Notes: generated by a model from the letters alone, not told the origin. Counted from the first letter of the stretch, positions 1 through 10,919 are shown. The stretch: DNA of 32,000 bases from Nitrosopumilus sp. (GCA_029864235.1 JAOTTW010000001.1:85099-117098); one strand, 5' to 3'. A program made the numbers and translations.

Positions 1-520
1 TAACACTAAGCTCTTCACGTAACCCCTCACTAAATGCAGTAATTGCATGTTTTGTAGCACAATAAACACTTCCAGCAGGAAAAACAATCCTACCAGCAAC
101 TGATGAAATATTTATAATGTGACCTGATTTTTTTTCAAGCATATGAGATACAACTGCACCAGTGCAATACAAGACGCCTTTAATATTAACATCAACCATT
201 TGATCCCATTCATCAATTTTCAAGTTTTTAATAAAACTGAGTGGCATTAATCCAGCATTGTTTACTAGTATATCCACAGAATTCCATTTGGATAAAACGG
301 TTTTAACAAAAGAGTTACATTCTTCTTTTTTTGTTACATCAAGTTTTTGAGAAAATACTTTACCGCCAGACTCTTTAATTTTATTTTCTAATTCTGCAAG
401 TTTTTCTGTTCTTCTTGCACCAATGGCAACTTTTGCTCCTGCTTTAGAAAGTGCTAATGCAGTTGCAAAACCTATTCCACTACTGGCTCCTGTTACTATT
501 GCTACTTTGTCTTTAATCAT
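1..520 (-). CDS. Short-chain dehydrogenase/reductase (SDR), 3' end cut by window edge
   Basis: Runs off the window so it is absent from the ORF track. Reverse translation from the ATG at 520-518 gives MIKDKVAIVTGASSGIGFATALALSKAGAKVAIGARR... (TGxxxGIG Rossmann motif), with NNAG further on (VDILVNNAG). Confidence 0.85.
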   Translation of the reverse strand, partial: MIKDKVAIVTGASSGIGFATALALSKAGAKVAIGARRTEKLAELENKIKESGGKVFSQKLDVTKKEECNSFVKTVLSKWNSVDILVNNAGLMPLSFIKNLKIDEWDQMVDVNIKGVLYCTGAVVSHMLEKKSGHIINISSVAGRIVFPAGSVYCATKHAITAFSEGLREELSV

Positions 521-635
521 TAAAATTCACTTGCTAAATTTTTAATTTCTATATTGTAAAAATGTTTACTTGAGTTTTTGAGTGTCTAATAGAATTTAAA
601 GCAAGTTTAATAGAAGAAAAATAGTAAATAAAATA

Positions 636-860
636 ATGAAGCCAGAAAGATGTGCATATTGTGGAGATATGACAGATATGCCATTTCAGTGCAATTATTG
701 TAAAGATCCTTTTTGTTCAGAACATAGGCTTCCTGAAGAACATAGATGTGTAAAATTAACTCAAATTCGAGCTAAAAGATTTGGAGAAAAAAAAGTAATT
801 CGAGATGGGGGTCCAAATCGACCAAATGTTTTCAAGAGAATGTTTAAAAGATTCATGTAG
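636..860 (+). CDS. Small AN1-type zinc-finger protein
   Basis: CAYCGx(9)CNYCKDPFCSEHRLPEEHRC matches the Cys/His spacing of the AN1 zinc-finger. Confidence 0.7.
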   Translation: MKPERCAYCGDMTDMPFQCNYCKDPFCSEHRLPEEHRCVKLTQIRAKRFGEKKVIRDGGPNRPNVFKRMFKRFM

Positions 861-863
861 AAA

Positions 864-1148
864 CTAGTAGGGACTTTTATCTGGAGAGATTTTAGCCCTT
901 CTTCCTTGATAGATTAGTGCTATTGCAAGTGCAAACAATACCAATGCTGTTAATGGAAAATTCTTAGGTTCTGGTAAGACAAACCAATAATAAATTCCAA
1001 ATCCAATTGCAACAACAGCTTGTATCCATAGCTTTATCCATTTTGGACTTTTGATTATACGGCTGATTGTTTCTATTAGAAAAATACCGATTACTGGATA
1101 AATTGTATAAAATAGAAAATCAACTACATCAACACCCGTGTGTGTCAT
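864..1148 (-). CDS. Small integral membrane protein (about 3 TM helices), unknown function
   Basis: 94-aa ORF made of hydrophobic helices (IYPVIGIFLIE, IQAVVAIGFGIYYWFVL, LTALVLFALAIALIY). Fits tightly between neighbouring genes. Confidence 0.5.
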   Translation of the reverse strand: MTHTGVDVVDFLFYTIYPVIGIFLIETISRIIKSPKWIKLWIQAVVAIGFGIYYWFVLPEPKNFPLTALVLFALAIALIYQGRRAKISPDKSPY

Positions 1149-1178
1149 AAAATGAAAATACTAAGGTATAATTTCTAT

Positions 1179-1736
1179 TTAATCTTCCCATCTAACTTTA
1201 GTTGCAATATTTTTAGAAATTAGTGCCTGAGCATTTTCATATGGAATTGTTGCAATATCTTCAGTTTTGAATGGTCCATATCTTTCAAGATCAGCCCCCA
1301 CAATTTCATCTATTTCTTGAAGAAATCTAACTACAACTGTTTTTGTTTTATGATTTTGTGAAAGTGATTCAAGAAATTTAGATTTTCCATTAATGGTTGC
1401 AGTTAAAATCATTTCAGTTCTTTCACGTTGTTCTTCTTCAGAATCAAGAATGAATTTTTCTTCATCTAATAGATTTTCAAATTCAAGTTTATCTAATTTT
1501 GAAATTTTATCTAATCTAATATTTATTAAAAGTGCTGTAAGTTCAGTTGCCATCTGAAGAAGTGTATCTTTTAGTTTATTTTCTATTCCATCAAATTCCT
1601 GTTTTTTTAAATTTCCAATAAAGTCAGAAAGTTCTCTGTAGAAAGTTGTTTCAATCTCTTGAATAGAGTCAATTTCAGTTTCTCGTAGAACTATGTGTTG
1701 TAATTCACTTATATCAATTTGATTTGATTTAGACAT
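1179..1736 (-). CDS. GINS-like replication protein (Gins15/51-type architecture), tentative
   Basis: 185 aa: helical N-terminal domain plus a small C-terminal domain VVVRFLQEIDEIVGADLERYGPFKTEDIATIPYENAQALISKNIA. This resembles the archaeal GINS pattern V.F..-.G.D...YGP...D...P..A..L as recalled from memory. No search was run. Confidence 0.5.
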   Translation of the reverse strand: MSKSNQIDISELQHIVLRETEIDSIQEIETTFYRELSDFIGNLKKQEFDGIENKLKDTLLQMATELTALLINIRLDKISKLDKLEFENLLDEEKFILDSEEEQRERTEMILTATINGKSKFLESLSQNHKTKTVVVRFLQEIDEIVGADLERYGPFKTEDIATIPYENAQALISKNIATKVRWED

Positions 1737-1790
1737 TTCTTACCTAATCCTTAAATGGTGGATACATTTCTGTTTGATTGAAGTATAAAA

Positions 1791-3251
1791 TTGCCCTATA
1801 AAGTTAGTCATGGTAAAGCAATACAGGTAACATATTCACCAGATGAAGTGTTTTCTAGAATTCAACATGAGGGCATTCAATTCATAGATTTACAATTTAC
1901 AGGACTTACAGGTCGTTTTCACCATACCACAATTTCAGCTAATACTTTTACTCCTGAACAAATGAGAGATGGACTTCCAAAATTAGATGGTTCATCAATC
2001 ATTGGATTTACTAGTATTGCAGATTCAGATCTTCTTTTAAAACCAGATCCAAACACTTTTGCCATTATTCCATGGATGACTGAAAATAAAACTGCTAGAT
2101 TATTGTGTGATGTTTACTGGGGAGAAGGGAGAGGAAGATTATCACGAGATCCCAGGGGAATTTCACAAAAAGCTGAAGAATATATCAAGATTCAGGGATT
2201 TGATGAGAGTGCATGGGGTCCAGAAGTAGAATTTTTTGTTTTTGATAAGATCCATTGGGATGTTTTAACACCATACAAGGGTCAATCCTATTCAATTGAA
2301 TCTAAAGAAGCACCATGGAGTCAGGAAGGTTCAGGATATCCAATGGGTCTTCAAGAGGGATATTATCCCAGTACACCTTCTGATACTTTAACACCATTTA
2401 GAAATGAGTGTGTAAATATTTTGAATACTAATTTTGGTGTATTATGTGATAATCATCATCACGAAGTAGCAACTGCTGGACAGTGTGAAATTGATATCAA
2501 ATATGATTACATGACAAATGCTGCAGATGCAGCGCAATCTTACAAATATGTAATTAGAAACGTTGCACAAAAATATGGAAAAGTTGCAACAATGATGCCA
2601 AAACCAATTGCAATGGACTCTGGTTCTGGAATGCATGTTAATGTTAGTTTATGGAAAGGCAAGGAAAATGCTTTTTACGATCTAAATGATAAAGATGAAT
2701 TAAGTCAAACTGCTAGATATTTTTGTGGCGGAATAATTAATCATGCAAAGGCATTATCTGCAATATGTAATCCTACCACGAATTCTTATCATAGACTTGT
2801 TCCTGGATATGAAGCACCAGCATATATTGCATGGAGTGCTGGAAATAGATCGGCCATTGTTAGGGTTCCAAAACATCTAAAAGGAAAAAATTACTCTCAT
2901 CTTAAAAGATTGGAGTTTAGAGCTCCTGATCCTTCATCTAATCCGTATCTTGTATTTGCAGCAGTAACTGCAGCAGGAATGGATGGAATTAAGAAAAAAA
3001 TTGAACCTGGTGAACAAGTATTAGATGATATTTTTAAAATGACAAGATCTGACAGAGCAAAAAGAGGAATAGGTGTATTACCAAAAAGTTTGGGTGAGGC
3101 TCTAGATGAATTAGAAAGTGATAGAAAGTTCCTGAATCCGATTTTTGGAAATGATGTAATTGATAAAATTATAGAATTAGAGAGAAGAGATCAGCGTGAA
3201 ATATCAATAAGGCCTCATCCTCATGAGTTTTACCTCTATTTTGATGTCTAA
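1791..3251 (+). CDS. glnA: Glutamine synthetase, type I
   Basis: 486 aa with typical GS blocks (IQFIDLQFTGLTGRFHH, GPEVEFFVF, GSGMHVNVSLW, NSYHRLVPGYEAP, WSAGNRSAIVRVP). In-frame stop TGA at 1779-1781 and no ATG before the conserved N-domain, so the TTG at 1791 is the start. Confidence 0.95.
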   Translation: MPYKVSHGKAIQVTYSPDEVFSRIQHEGIQFIDLQFTGLTGRFHHTTISANTFTPEQMRDGLPKLDGSSIIGFTSIADSDLLLKPDPNTFAIIPWMTENKTARLLCDVYWGEGRGRLSRDPRGISQKAEEYIKIQGFDESAWGPEVEFFVFDKIHWDVLTPYKGQSYSIESKEAPWSQEGSGYPMGLQEGYYPSTPSDTLTPFRNECVNILNTNFGVLCDNHHHEVATAGQCEIDIKYDYMTNAADAAQSYKYVIRNVAQKYGKVATMMPKPIAMDSGSGMHVNVSLWKGKENAFYDLNDKDELSQTARYFCGGIINHAKALSAICNPTTNSYHRLVPGYEAPAYIAWSAGNRSAIVRVPKHLKGKNYSHLKRLEFRAPDPSSNPYLVFAAVTAAGMDGIKKKIEPGEQVLDDIFKMTRSDRAKRGIGVLPKSLGEALDELESDRKFLNPIFGNDVIDKIIELERRDQREISIRPHPHEFYLYFDV

Positions 3252-3532
3252 ATTCTTCCAGTTAATTGAAATATAAAGAATAGAGATATTGTAATTAATC
3301 CAAATCCTCCACTGAGAAACATGATACTTCTTTTTTCATTAGCTGCTTTGTATAGTAATGCCCCTCCTGCCAGACCAACAAACAGAATAATTACTCCAAT
3401 TATTACACTGCCAAAACTTGAGTTGGTGATTAGTGGATAGAAAAATCCTGCTAATAATGCAAAAAATGCAATTAGATAGCCATACTTGAATCCAGTTGTT
3501 AATTTGGATGTTATTTTACTCAATGAAATCAT
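3248..3532 (-). CDS. Small integral membrane protein, unknown function
   Basis: 94-aa ORF with three hydrophobic segments. Its 3' end overlaps the glnA stop by 4 nt. Confidence 0.5.
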   Translation of the reverse strand: MISLSKITSKLTTGFKYGYLIAFFALLAGFFYPLITNSSFGSVIIGVIILFVGLAGGALLYKAANEKRSIMFLSGGFGLITISLFFIFQLTGRI

Positions 3533-3581
3533 AAATTTTGAAAATTAAATAAATTTTGAAAATATTTACTTTAAAGGCAAG

Positions 3582-5285
3582 TTACATCATTCCACCCATA
3601 TCAGGCATTCCACCCATTCCTGGCATTCCACCCATTCCTGGCATTCCACCCATTCCTGGCATTCCACCTTCTGCACCTGGTGGAGGACCTGCAGACTTTT
3701 GAGTAGCAATCACATCATCAATTCTAAGAATCATACATGCAGCTTCAGCAGATGCAGAAACAATTTGTAGTTTTACTGCAAGAGGTTCAATTATATCACT
3801 AGATTTCATGCTTCCGATTTTTCCTTTCATCACATCAATGCCAATCCATTTTTCACCTTTAAGCTGTCTTGAACGTAAAGTAGTAAGAGTATCAATTGGA
3901 TCCATTCCGGCATTTTCAGCTAGGTTAAGTGGAATTGATTCTAGAGCATCAGCGAATTTCTCAACAGCAAGTTGTTCTCTACCTTCAAGTGATTTTGCCC
4001 AACTCCTTAATTTACTTGCAGCAAATGTTTCAGGTGCACCACCTCCGGCAACAATTTTTGGGTTGATAATTACATCTTTAACTACCATTAATGCATCATG
4101 GACAGAACGTTCAACTTCATCAACAACTCTTTGGGAGCCACCACGAAGAAGTAGTGTAACAGATTTTGGATGTTTACAACCCTCAATGAAAACCCATTTG
4201 TCTTCTTCAATTTTTCTTTCTTCTACAAGTTCAGCGGTTCCAAGATCTTTTTCAAAAAGATCATCAAGATTTGTTACAATTCTAGCACCGGTTGCTTTTG
4301 CTAGTTTTGTAAGATCACTTTCTTTAATTCTTCTAACTGCAATAATTCCTGCTTTTGCAAAATAATGTTGGGCCATATCATCAATTCCTTTTTGGCATAA
4401 CACTACATTAGCACCAGAACCTATTACTTTGTCTACCATATTCTTAAGCATCCTGTTTTCTTCATCAAGAAATGATTTCAATTGTTGAGGATTCGAAATG
4501 TTAATTTTAGCATCAGTTTCAGTTTTGCTAATTTCAAGTGCTGTGTTAATCAAAGCTATTTTTACATCTGAGATTTTTCTTGGCATTCCACCATGCACAA
4601 TTTCTTTATCAAGAACAATTCCTTGGATAATCGCACAGTCTTTAATTGAACCACCAGCTTTCTTTTCTACTTTAATATCATCAATATCAACATCATATTT
4701 TTCACCCTCTTTTTCAGCTACTGCAAGAACAGATTTTACTATAATATCGGCTAAAAGATCTGAATCTTTTCTTACCAATTTTGTTTGCATTGATGTTTTT
4801 GCAATCTTATTGAGAATTGTTTTGTCATTTGAGGATATGGTGTCAGCAATACTTTCAAGGAATTGTTTTGCTTTCTTTGCTGCTTTTCTATATCCATCAA
4901 CAATAATTGTAGGATGAACATCTTGATCTAAAAGTGATTCAGCATTTTCAAGAAGAGCGCCAGCTAAAATTACTGCAGAAGTTGTTCCATCACCTACTTC
5001 ATTATCAGTAGTTTTTGAAATTTCTACAAGCATTTTAGCAGCTGGATGTTGAACGTCAATTTCTTTTAGAATAGTTGCACCATCATTCGTAATTGTAACA
5101 TCTCCTAAGGAGTCAACTAGCATCTTATCCATGCCTCTTGGACCCAAGCTAGTCTGTACAATTTCGGCTATAATTTTGGCAGCAGCAATATTGTTTTTTT
5201 GTGCGTCTCTGCCTTTAGTTTGAGTTCCACCTTCTTTTAACAATACAACAGGCATAGTTCCTTTAGAAGTAGCTTGCATACCCAT
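3582..5285 (-). CDS. ths: Thermosome subunit (group II chaperonin) with GGMP-repeat tail
   Basis: [27 protein letters not shown] and VAGGGAPE motifs; C-terminal (GGMPGM)n tail. The ORF opens at 5300, but TATAAAA on the minus strand (5316-5310) lies about 28 nt upstream of the ATG at 5285 (MGMQATSK...). This favours 5285 or 5279 as the start. Confidence 0.95.
   Translation of the reverse strand: MGMQATSKGTMPVVLLKEGGTQTKGRDAQKNNIAAAKIIAEIVQTSLGPRGMDKMLVDSLGDVTITNDGATILKEIDVQHPAAKMLVEISKTTDNEVGDGTTSAVILAGALLENAESLLDQDVHPTIIVDGYRKAAKKAKQFLESIADTISSNDKTILNKIAKTSMQTKLVRKDSDLLADIIVKSVLAVAEKEGEKYDVDIDDIKVEKKAGGSIKDCAIIQGIVLDKEIVHGGMPRKISDVKIALINTALEISKTETDAKINISNPQQLKSFLDEENRMLKNMVDKVIGSGANVVLCQKGIDDMAQHYFAKAGIIAVRRIKESDLTKLAKATGARIVTNLDDLFEKDLGTAELVEERKIEEDKWVFIEGCKHPKSVTLLLRGGSQRVVDEVERSVHDALMVVKDVIINPKIVAGGGAPETFAASKLRSWAKSLEGREQLAVEKFADALESIPLNLAENAGMDPIDTLTTLRSRQLKGEKWIGIDVMKGKIGSMKSSDIIEPLAVKLQIVSASAEAACMILRIDDVIATQKSAGPPPGAEGGMPGMGGMPGMGGMPGMGGMPDMGGMM
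3586..3668. repeat. 18-bp tandem repeat (ggcattccacccattcct, about 3.6 copies plus a degenerate copy) encoding the thermosome GGMP tail
   Basis: Direct reading: perfect units at 3604-3621, 3622-3639 and 3640-3657, partial unit at 3658-3668, degenerate unit at 3586-3603. Confidence 0.95.
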
Positions 5286-5390
5286 AAATAAAAAAATCAT
5301 AGATTCCCCTTTTATACGTTGCAGATCAAAAGACGGTTTATCACTTGATTAAATCGGTGTTTTTAAATTGGGAAAATCAAGCTGCAAATT

Positions 5391-6713
5391 ATGGGCAAGT
5401 CTGTAAATAAAGAGGCTTACAATAAAATTTTCTCAAAATTAAAAGAACACCATAAATGGTTTGAAAACTCCATACCATTAATTGCTAGTGAAAATATTCC
5501 TAGCCCTGCAGTTAGAGAAGCAATAATTTCAGATTTTGGAAATCGATATGCTGAAGGTTGGCCAGGTGAACGAGTATATGCTGGATGTATTTTCATTGAT
5601 GATGTAGAGTTTGAATGTATGAAACTTGCAAAGAAGCTCTTCAAAGCAAAATTTGCTGATGTAAGACCAATTTCGGGTGTAGTTGCAAATCTCGCAGTTT
5701 ATTCTGCTTTTACAAATCCAGGAGATATTATGTTAGCACCGTCTATTCCTGCTGGTGGCCATATTTCTCATGGTAAAAGAGAACACTTTGGAACTGCGGG
5801 ATTAGTTCATGGATTAGAAATTGAATTCTATCCATTTGATGCTAAAGAGATGACAATTGATGTTGATAAGACAAAACAGAAAGTTAAAGAACTCAAAGAA
5901 GATAATCGTCTTCCAAAAATGGCAATGTTTGGCGGTTCATTGTTCTTGTTTCCACATCCAGTCAAGGAATTATCTGATTTCTTAAAGAGTTATGGAATGC
6001 ACATTAATTATGATGCTGCACATGTTGCAGGTTTGATTGCTGGTGGAGAGTTTCAAGATCCTTTAAGAGAAGGTGCGGATACTATGACCATGAGTACTCA
6101 CAAAACTTTGTTTGGTCCTCAAGGTGGACTTGTTTTAGGTTCTGAAGAATATGAAGAGCCGATAAAGAAAGCAACGTTTCCAGGACTAACAAGCAGTCAT
6201 CATATTCATCATATGGCTGGAAAGGCAGTTGCATTTGCTGAATGTTTAGAGTTTGGAAAAGATTATGCTAGACAAGTAATTAAAAATGCTAAATCTTTTG
6301 CAGAGGCTCTTAGCAATTTAGGCTTCAAAGTTTTAGGTGAGAGCAGAGGATTTACACAATCACATCAGATTGCAGTAAATGTTTTGGATTATTCTGATGG
6401 TGGAAAAGTTGAAGCAGATTTGGAAAAAGCTAACATTATTGTTAATAGACAATTGATACCAGGTGACATTAAAGCTGGTCGCAATTACTTTCATCCAGGT
6501 GGAATAAGACTAGGAGTTTCAGAAATTACAAGACTTGGAATGAAGAAAAATGAAATGGAAGAAATTGCGGATTTCATAAAAGAAGTTGTAATTGAAAAAA
6601 AGAATCCAAAAATGGTTTTATCAAATGTAAAGGCAATGAGAAAAAATTATCAAAAAGTCAAGTTTTGTTTTGATAACAAACTTGGAGCTTATGAATATGT
6701 CAAACTAAGGTAA
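5391..6713 (+). CDS. glyA: Serine hydroxymethyltransferase
   Basis: 440 aa with LIASENIPSPAV, RYAEGWPG and the PLP-lysine context TMSTHKTLFGPQGG. TTTTTAAATT lies about 24 nt upstream of the ATG, consistent with a short or absent leader. Confidence 0.95.
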   Translation: MGKSVNKEAYNKIFSKLKEHHKWFENSIPLIASENIPSPAVREAIISDFGNRYAEGWPGERVYAGCIFIDDVEFECMKLAKKLFKAKFADVRPISGVVANLAVYSAFTNPGDIMLAPSIPAGGHISHGKREHFGTAGLVHGLEIEFYPFDAKEMTIDVDKTKQKVKELKEDNRLPKMAMFGGSLFLFPHPVKELSDFLKSYGMHINYDAAHVAGLIAGGEFQDPLREGADTMTMSTHKTLFGPQGGLVLGSEEYEEPIKKATFPGLTSSHHIHHMAGKAVAFAECLEFGKDYARQVIKNAKSFAEALSNLGFKVLGESRGFTQSHQIAVNVLDYSDGGKVEADLEKANIIVNRQLIPGDIKAGRNYFHPGGIRLGVSEITRLGMKKNEMEEIADFIKEVVIEKKNPKMVLSNVKAMRKNYQKVKFCFDNKLGAYEYVKLR

Positions 6714-6714
6714 T

Positions 6715-9700
6715 TTAGGCATAATCCGTAAGAAGGGATTGATCACCTTGGTTTTTCCCAAAAACTAGATTAATTTCATCTGCTAATGCATAAATTCTTC
6801 CTCTTTGATATTCACCTACATCATATTTATCAACTAGTCTCTTTGCAAGTTTAAGATATTTTTCAACTGAACCTCTTGTAATTGTGGGAATAAGCTTATG
6901 ACCACACACACATGTTTGGATTAATGGTATTCGACGAAATGATTTTCCACAGCCTGTACATCTAAAATTTTGTCTAGCATATGCTCTAAGATTTCCCATA
7001 ATATCGGGGACTAAATGGGTTGATATTACATTTGAAACAATTTCTGCTGTATTTACAGCATCAATCATTTCAGCATTTCTAATTTGCATGTCAAATTTGT
7101 CTAACATTGAACCAAGTGTTGAATATGCACTTCTTGATTTTGTTGTTGTAAGAGATGATGTTAAATGTGTAAAGCCATATCCGTAGAATTGTTTTTCAGT
7201 TTCAAGTCGTGATTTAATAATTTCTACGCATGTAATATCTGATGCTTTTTTTTGTTTTAATGTATCTTTAAAAAATTGAAGTGGGAAAGTATATCCAACC
7301 TCAAGGTTATGTGCTTGTGGTTGTGATTCATGCGGAAGTACTAGTGGTTGAACTAGTAGAGGGGCATCCATTAACCCACCAATTCTATCAGAAAGAAATT
7401 GTCTTGAAAAATTCAATAAACTATCCATTAAAAGCATAATAGAGTCTGCATCACCATCAGCATCACGTCTTTTTGCTGAATGCCAATTTGGAGTTGCAAA
7501 ACAAACATGTGTTTCAGTATAACCAATAATTCTTCCTACAATTCCAACTGAGGTATGAGGTGCTAAGCCGATGATTAGATGACCAATTAATTCATCAGTA
7601 TTCTTTACATTGTAAAAGGGCAATTTTCCATAAAATTTTTCTAATAAAATATCAATGTATTTACATACAGAAACTAGATATCTACCACTTTCATTTGGGA
7701 TAATAATATCTTGCATTCTAAGTTCTACAGTTTGTTCCAAGTTTATTAGTGGATTTCCATTAATATCATGCGTATATCCTAAAGATTTGAGTTTGCCAAT
7801 TGAAGTACCAATCCATGAAGGTTTGAATTGAGTAAGTGGAGAATTTGTAGCATCAAATCTAACAGTTCCATCTTTAAATACGGTCAGACCAAAATTTTGA
7901 CGTACCAATCCTTTTTCAAGTGGTTCAGCAATTCGATCTTGATTGATTAATTCTTTAACTCCTTTAAATGGTTCTTGAGCACGTAAACCCATTTTTTCTT
8001 GGGCAGTTACTAACCTAGCCTTTAGTGGAAATGCTTTGTGTGAATGAGATAATGCTTTTCTTTTGCATTTTTTGCAGTAGGGGTTATCAAGTGTATCTCT
8101 ACACTTAGTACATCTATAATTTATGGTGGTTTTTGTACCACATTTTGAACACTTTATACCAATTGATGGTTCGTTGCATATACTACAATATCTATTGAAA
8201 ATATTTGTAAAGAAATTTTTTTGTCTTGAAGCTTTTAGAAGATCTCTAGTTGGTCCACCCTTATCACCAATTGGAAATAATATATGAGTTGGAGGTTTCA
8301 TTAGTCTTGGGGCAGCTTTTTCTGGTCTTCCAATTCTTACTCCAATTGAAGTTGAGAATTTATTTCTAATTTTTAATCCGGAAGATTCTGAGATAATTTT
8401 AATAACTGATAAGTCTGAGATTTTTGGTTTATTTCTAAAGAGAAGGTTAAAGAAAATTTTTGCTTCTTGATATTCTAAAATTAATTTTTTATTATTTTTT
8501 ATGTGAGGAACACCAAGTTTCTCCAAGATATTTTTATTTTCTAAATCATATTCAATTAAATTTTCATTTAATTTAATTGGGTAAAGAAGTTTTTGTAGCT
8601 CTTCAGTTGAGATTTGATCCCAAAAGTAAAGATATTTTGGATGGAGTGGAATTTTAAAATCAAGTGATAGTTTCAAAGCATCATCTAGTGAGGGAATTTT
8701 GTTGAGAAATTGTAATAGATATTTATTATCAGGTTCATATTTGGTGAGTTTTTCCTTTAATTCTTCTAACCAGTATTCTTCTACATATCCAGTTGGTATT
8801 AGTTGTGAATTGTTTTCTAGAAAATCTCCAAATGAAATAAGAATATCACCCAAGTGGAGAATTTTTTCAATTTCTTGTTTTATTTCAATTCCATGTTTAA
8901 CATCTCTAATTTTAACAACATTTCCGTTTTTAAGGCGTATAATCGGAGTTTCAATCGAGTCAACAAATGCCACAGTTGCTCCTTTTCCAGGGATGTCTAT
9001 TTTAATTTGAGTTCCAACTGCTATTGTATGATCCAAAATTTCTGCAATTACTGGATTTATTCCAACAGCTGCAAAACCTGTATTGCAGGCTCTTCCATAT
9101 CTTAGACGGAATCCTCCATGTTTGTTAGGCATAGACAAAACTGATCTTCCGGTAATTACTTCTCGCATTCTTTTTGCGGCTGCATCCTCTTGATTATCTC
9201 CAGTTTGAACAGCTCCTTTAAGGTCAGCCAGCCATTCCCAGCCATCTAAATTGTATAACTCAATTCTTTTAAGTAATTTTTTGGATCTGCCAATTAAACC
9301 ATCATTTAGAACTCTTAAAGCTCCACCTCTTACTCTGTCTGTTTTTATGCGTATCATTCCCTTATGATTTACTACTTCAAAAGGATCTGTATCAACACCG
9401 TCAAGTTCAACTGGTAGATTAGAAATCACATGTTCAATATCCTCATCAAGTATATGGAATTGAAAGCTGCTTGCTTCTCTTTCATAGATTCTTAATTCTT
9501 CAATAAATCTACCAGTTTCATCATCAAATGAGTTTGCCTGATATTTTGATAGCCCTACCGCCTTTCTAACATGATCTGCCAAAAGCATAGTTACTGCTGA
9601 TTCTGTCCCTCCAGCTGAACGCATTGGTCCTGCAATAGATACTGAAAGATATTCAGAACCATCTTTGTTTTTCTTTATTTTTACTTCACTAATTCCTTGT

Positions 9701-10092
9701 AATGGGGCTATTGTGACTCCTTCAGTTACAATAGCTAATCCTACTCTAACCGCTAAGTCGAGTTTTTCTTCTAAAGTTGAATTTGGAAGTGTGTATTTTC
9801 CTAACGCAATCTCTTTTGATATGATTAATGCTGATAGCTCCTTTCCATTGATTTTGAGTAACTCTCTAAGTGGTTCAGCAATATCAATTTCGTGCATTTT
9901 TGAAACACGGTCAGCTAGATCAAATGCAATTTTTGGCTCAATAATACCTGAAGAATCTACAAGACTAGATTTGGCAGTAGCGGCTTTCTCAAAAATAGTA
10001 TAGGTGTATTTTGACAGATTAGAGTAATAATATTGATAGTAATCTGGCATCTTAATGCCGTTAATACGGGAAATTGTATTATTTTCAGACAT
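6715..10092 (-). CDS. DNA polymerase II (PolD) large catalytic subunit DP2
   Basis: 1125 aa of typical DP2 size. Has a Cys-cluster zinc module (CSICNEPSIGIKCSKCG...CTKCRD...CKKCKRK), a C-terminal CTGCGKSF..CVCGH zinc finger and conserved blocks such as GRPEKAAPR and LIIGLAPHTSVG. No intein-sized insertion. Confidence 0.93.
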   Translation of the reverse strand: MSENNTISRINGIKMPDYYQYYYSNLSKYTYTIFEKAATAKSSLVDSSGIIEPKIAFDLADRVSKMHEIDIAEPLRELLKINGKELSALIISKEIALGKYTLPNSTLEEKLDLAVRVGLAIVTEGVTIAPLQGISEVKIKKNKDGSEYLSVSIAGPMRSAGGTESAVTMLLADHVRKAVGLSKYQANSFDDETGRFIEELRIYEREASSFQFHILDEDIEHVISNLPVELDGVDTDPFEVVNHKGMIRIKTDRVRGGALRVLNDGLIGRSKKLLKRIELYNLDGWEWLADLKGAVQTGDNQEDAAAKRMREVITGRSVLSMPNKHGGFRLRYGRACNTGFAAVGINPVIAEILDHTIAVGTQIKIDIPGKGATVAFVDSIETPIIRLKNGNVVKIRDVKHGIEIKQEIEKILHLGDILISFGDFLENNSQLIPTGYVEEYWLEELKEKLTKYEPDNKYLLQFLNKIPSLDDALKLSLDFKIPLHPKYLYFWDQISTEELQKLLYPIKLNENLIEYDLENKNILEKLGVPHIKNNKKLILEYQEAKIFFNLLFRNKPKISDLSVIKIISESSGLKIRNKFSTSIGVRIGRPEKAAPRLMKPPTHILFPIGDKGGPTRDLLKASRQKNFFTNIFNRYCSICNEPSIGIKCSKCGTKTTINYRCTKCRDTLDNPYCKKCKRKALSHSHKAFPLKARLVTAQEKMGLRAQEPFKGVKELINQDRIAEPLEKGLVRQNFGLTVFKDGTVRFDATNSPLTQFKPSWIGTSIGKLKSLGYTHDINGNPLINLEQTVELRMQDIIIPNESGRYLVSVCKYIDILLEKFYGKLPFYNVKNTDELIGHLIIGLAPHTSVGIVGRIIGYTETHVCFATPNWHSAKRRDADGDADSIMLLMDSLLNFSRQFLSDRIGGLMDAPLLVQPLVLPHESQPQAHNLEVGYTFPLQFFKDTLKQKKASDITCVEIIKSRLETEKQFYGYGFTHLTSSLTTTKSRSAYSTLGSMLDKFDMQIRNAEMIDAVNTAEIVSNVISTHLVPDIMGNLRAYARQNFRCTGCGKSFRRIPLIQTCVCGHKLIPTITRGSVEKYLKLAKRLVDKYDVGEYQRGRIYALADEINLVFGKNQGDQSLLTDYA

Positions 10093-10104
10093 AATATTGG
10101 CTTG

Positions 10105-10854
10105 TTATGTTCTTTGAATGGCTTTTGCTATTTCTTTAAGTTTTTTTATACTTCCACCTTTTTCTAAAAAAGTTCCAATTACTAATGCATCAGCTCCTGC
10201 TTTTACTAATTCTAAAGCAGTTTGAATATTTTTAATTCCTCCACCTACAATAAGGAACCCATTAAACATTTTTCTAACAGTTTTTACCATTTCAGGAGTA
10301 ACACTGGACTTTGCTCCAGAACCTGCTTCCAAATATACAAATCTCATTCCTAGAAATTGTGCGGCTAGTGAATATGCTGCTGCAATTTTTGGTTTATTAA
10401 AGGGAATTCCTCTTGCGGATCCTACAAACCATGCGGATGTTCCTTCGCCAATTACTAAATAGGCTGTAGGTAACGGTTCTAAACCAAATTTTAACACATT
10501 AGGAGCACTAAGAGCTTGTGCCTGAGTAATAAAATATGGATTTTCTGAGTTCATTAATGAACTAAATAGAATTCCGTCAGCCTCAGGTACAACACCTGTT
10601 ACATTTCCAGGGAATAGGATAATTGGTATTTTAATGCCTTTTTTAATTTCCTTTACTATTTGTGCCATCTCAAGCTGATCAGTGGCAGATGATCCTCCAA
10701 CCAAAATGGCAGATGCACCTATTTTTTCTACATCTTGTGCAAGTTTACTTGAGGATTTTAGATTTGATACTTCAGAATCAATTAATACAAATAATAAAGC
10801 ATTTTTCTTTTTTAATTCAGATTTTAGAAATGTTTCTACTTTATTTCTAGTCAT
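10105..10854 (-). CDS. Geranylgeranylglyceryl phosphate synthase (PcrB/GGGPS family)
   Basis: 249 aa TIM-barrel-like sequence with LIDSE, ILVGGS, FVYLEAGSG and IVGGGIK motifs typical of archaeal GGGP synthase. Confidence 0.8.
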   Translation of the reverse strand: MTRNKVETFLKSELKKKNALLFVLIDSEVSNLKSSSKLAQDVEKIGASAILVGGSSATDQLEMAQIVKEIKKGIKIPIILFPGNVTGVVPEADGILFSSLMNSENPYFITQAQALSAPNVLKFGLEPLPTAYLVIGEGTSAWFVGSARGIPFNKPKIAAAYSLAAQFLGMRFVYLEAGSGAKSSVTPEMVKTVRKMFNGFLIVGGGIKNIQTALELVKAGADALVIGTFLEKGGSIKKLKEIAKAIQRT

Positions 10855-10919
10855 AAAATGGATTTGTAGTTCACTCTTTAAAGTTTAATTGGAATGTCAG
10901 TATACAGATTTGTATAGCT

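Noticed and set aside
3586-3668. 18-bp tandem repeat as a novel repeat or minisatellite
   Set aside because: It encodes the well-known GGM/GGMP-repeat C-terminal tail of chaperonins. It is recorded as a feature, not a novelty.
3808-4917. Long plus-strand ORFs (3808-4365, 4498-4917) antisense to the thermosome gene
   Set aside because: They lie entirely within a very well supported thermosome CDS. The translations are low-complexity Ser/Phe/Ile-rich, typical antisense artefacts of a long gene.
8699-10003. Plus-strand ORFs inside PolD DP2 (8699-9010, 8854-9105, 9665-10003), and similar nested ORFs inside glnA, glyA, GGGPS, orc1, DP1, NDH-2, cdc48, hsp20 and TFB
   Set aside because: All are embedded antisense or out-of-frame in strongly supported genes and have no recognisable motifs. 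They are treated as spurious.
6715-10092. Possible intein in PolD DP2 (and in cdc48)
   Set aside because: Protein lengths (1125 and 716 aa) are typical for intein-free versions. No Cys/Ser...HN-Cys/Ser/Thr splice-junction blocks or homing-endonuclease motifs were seen.
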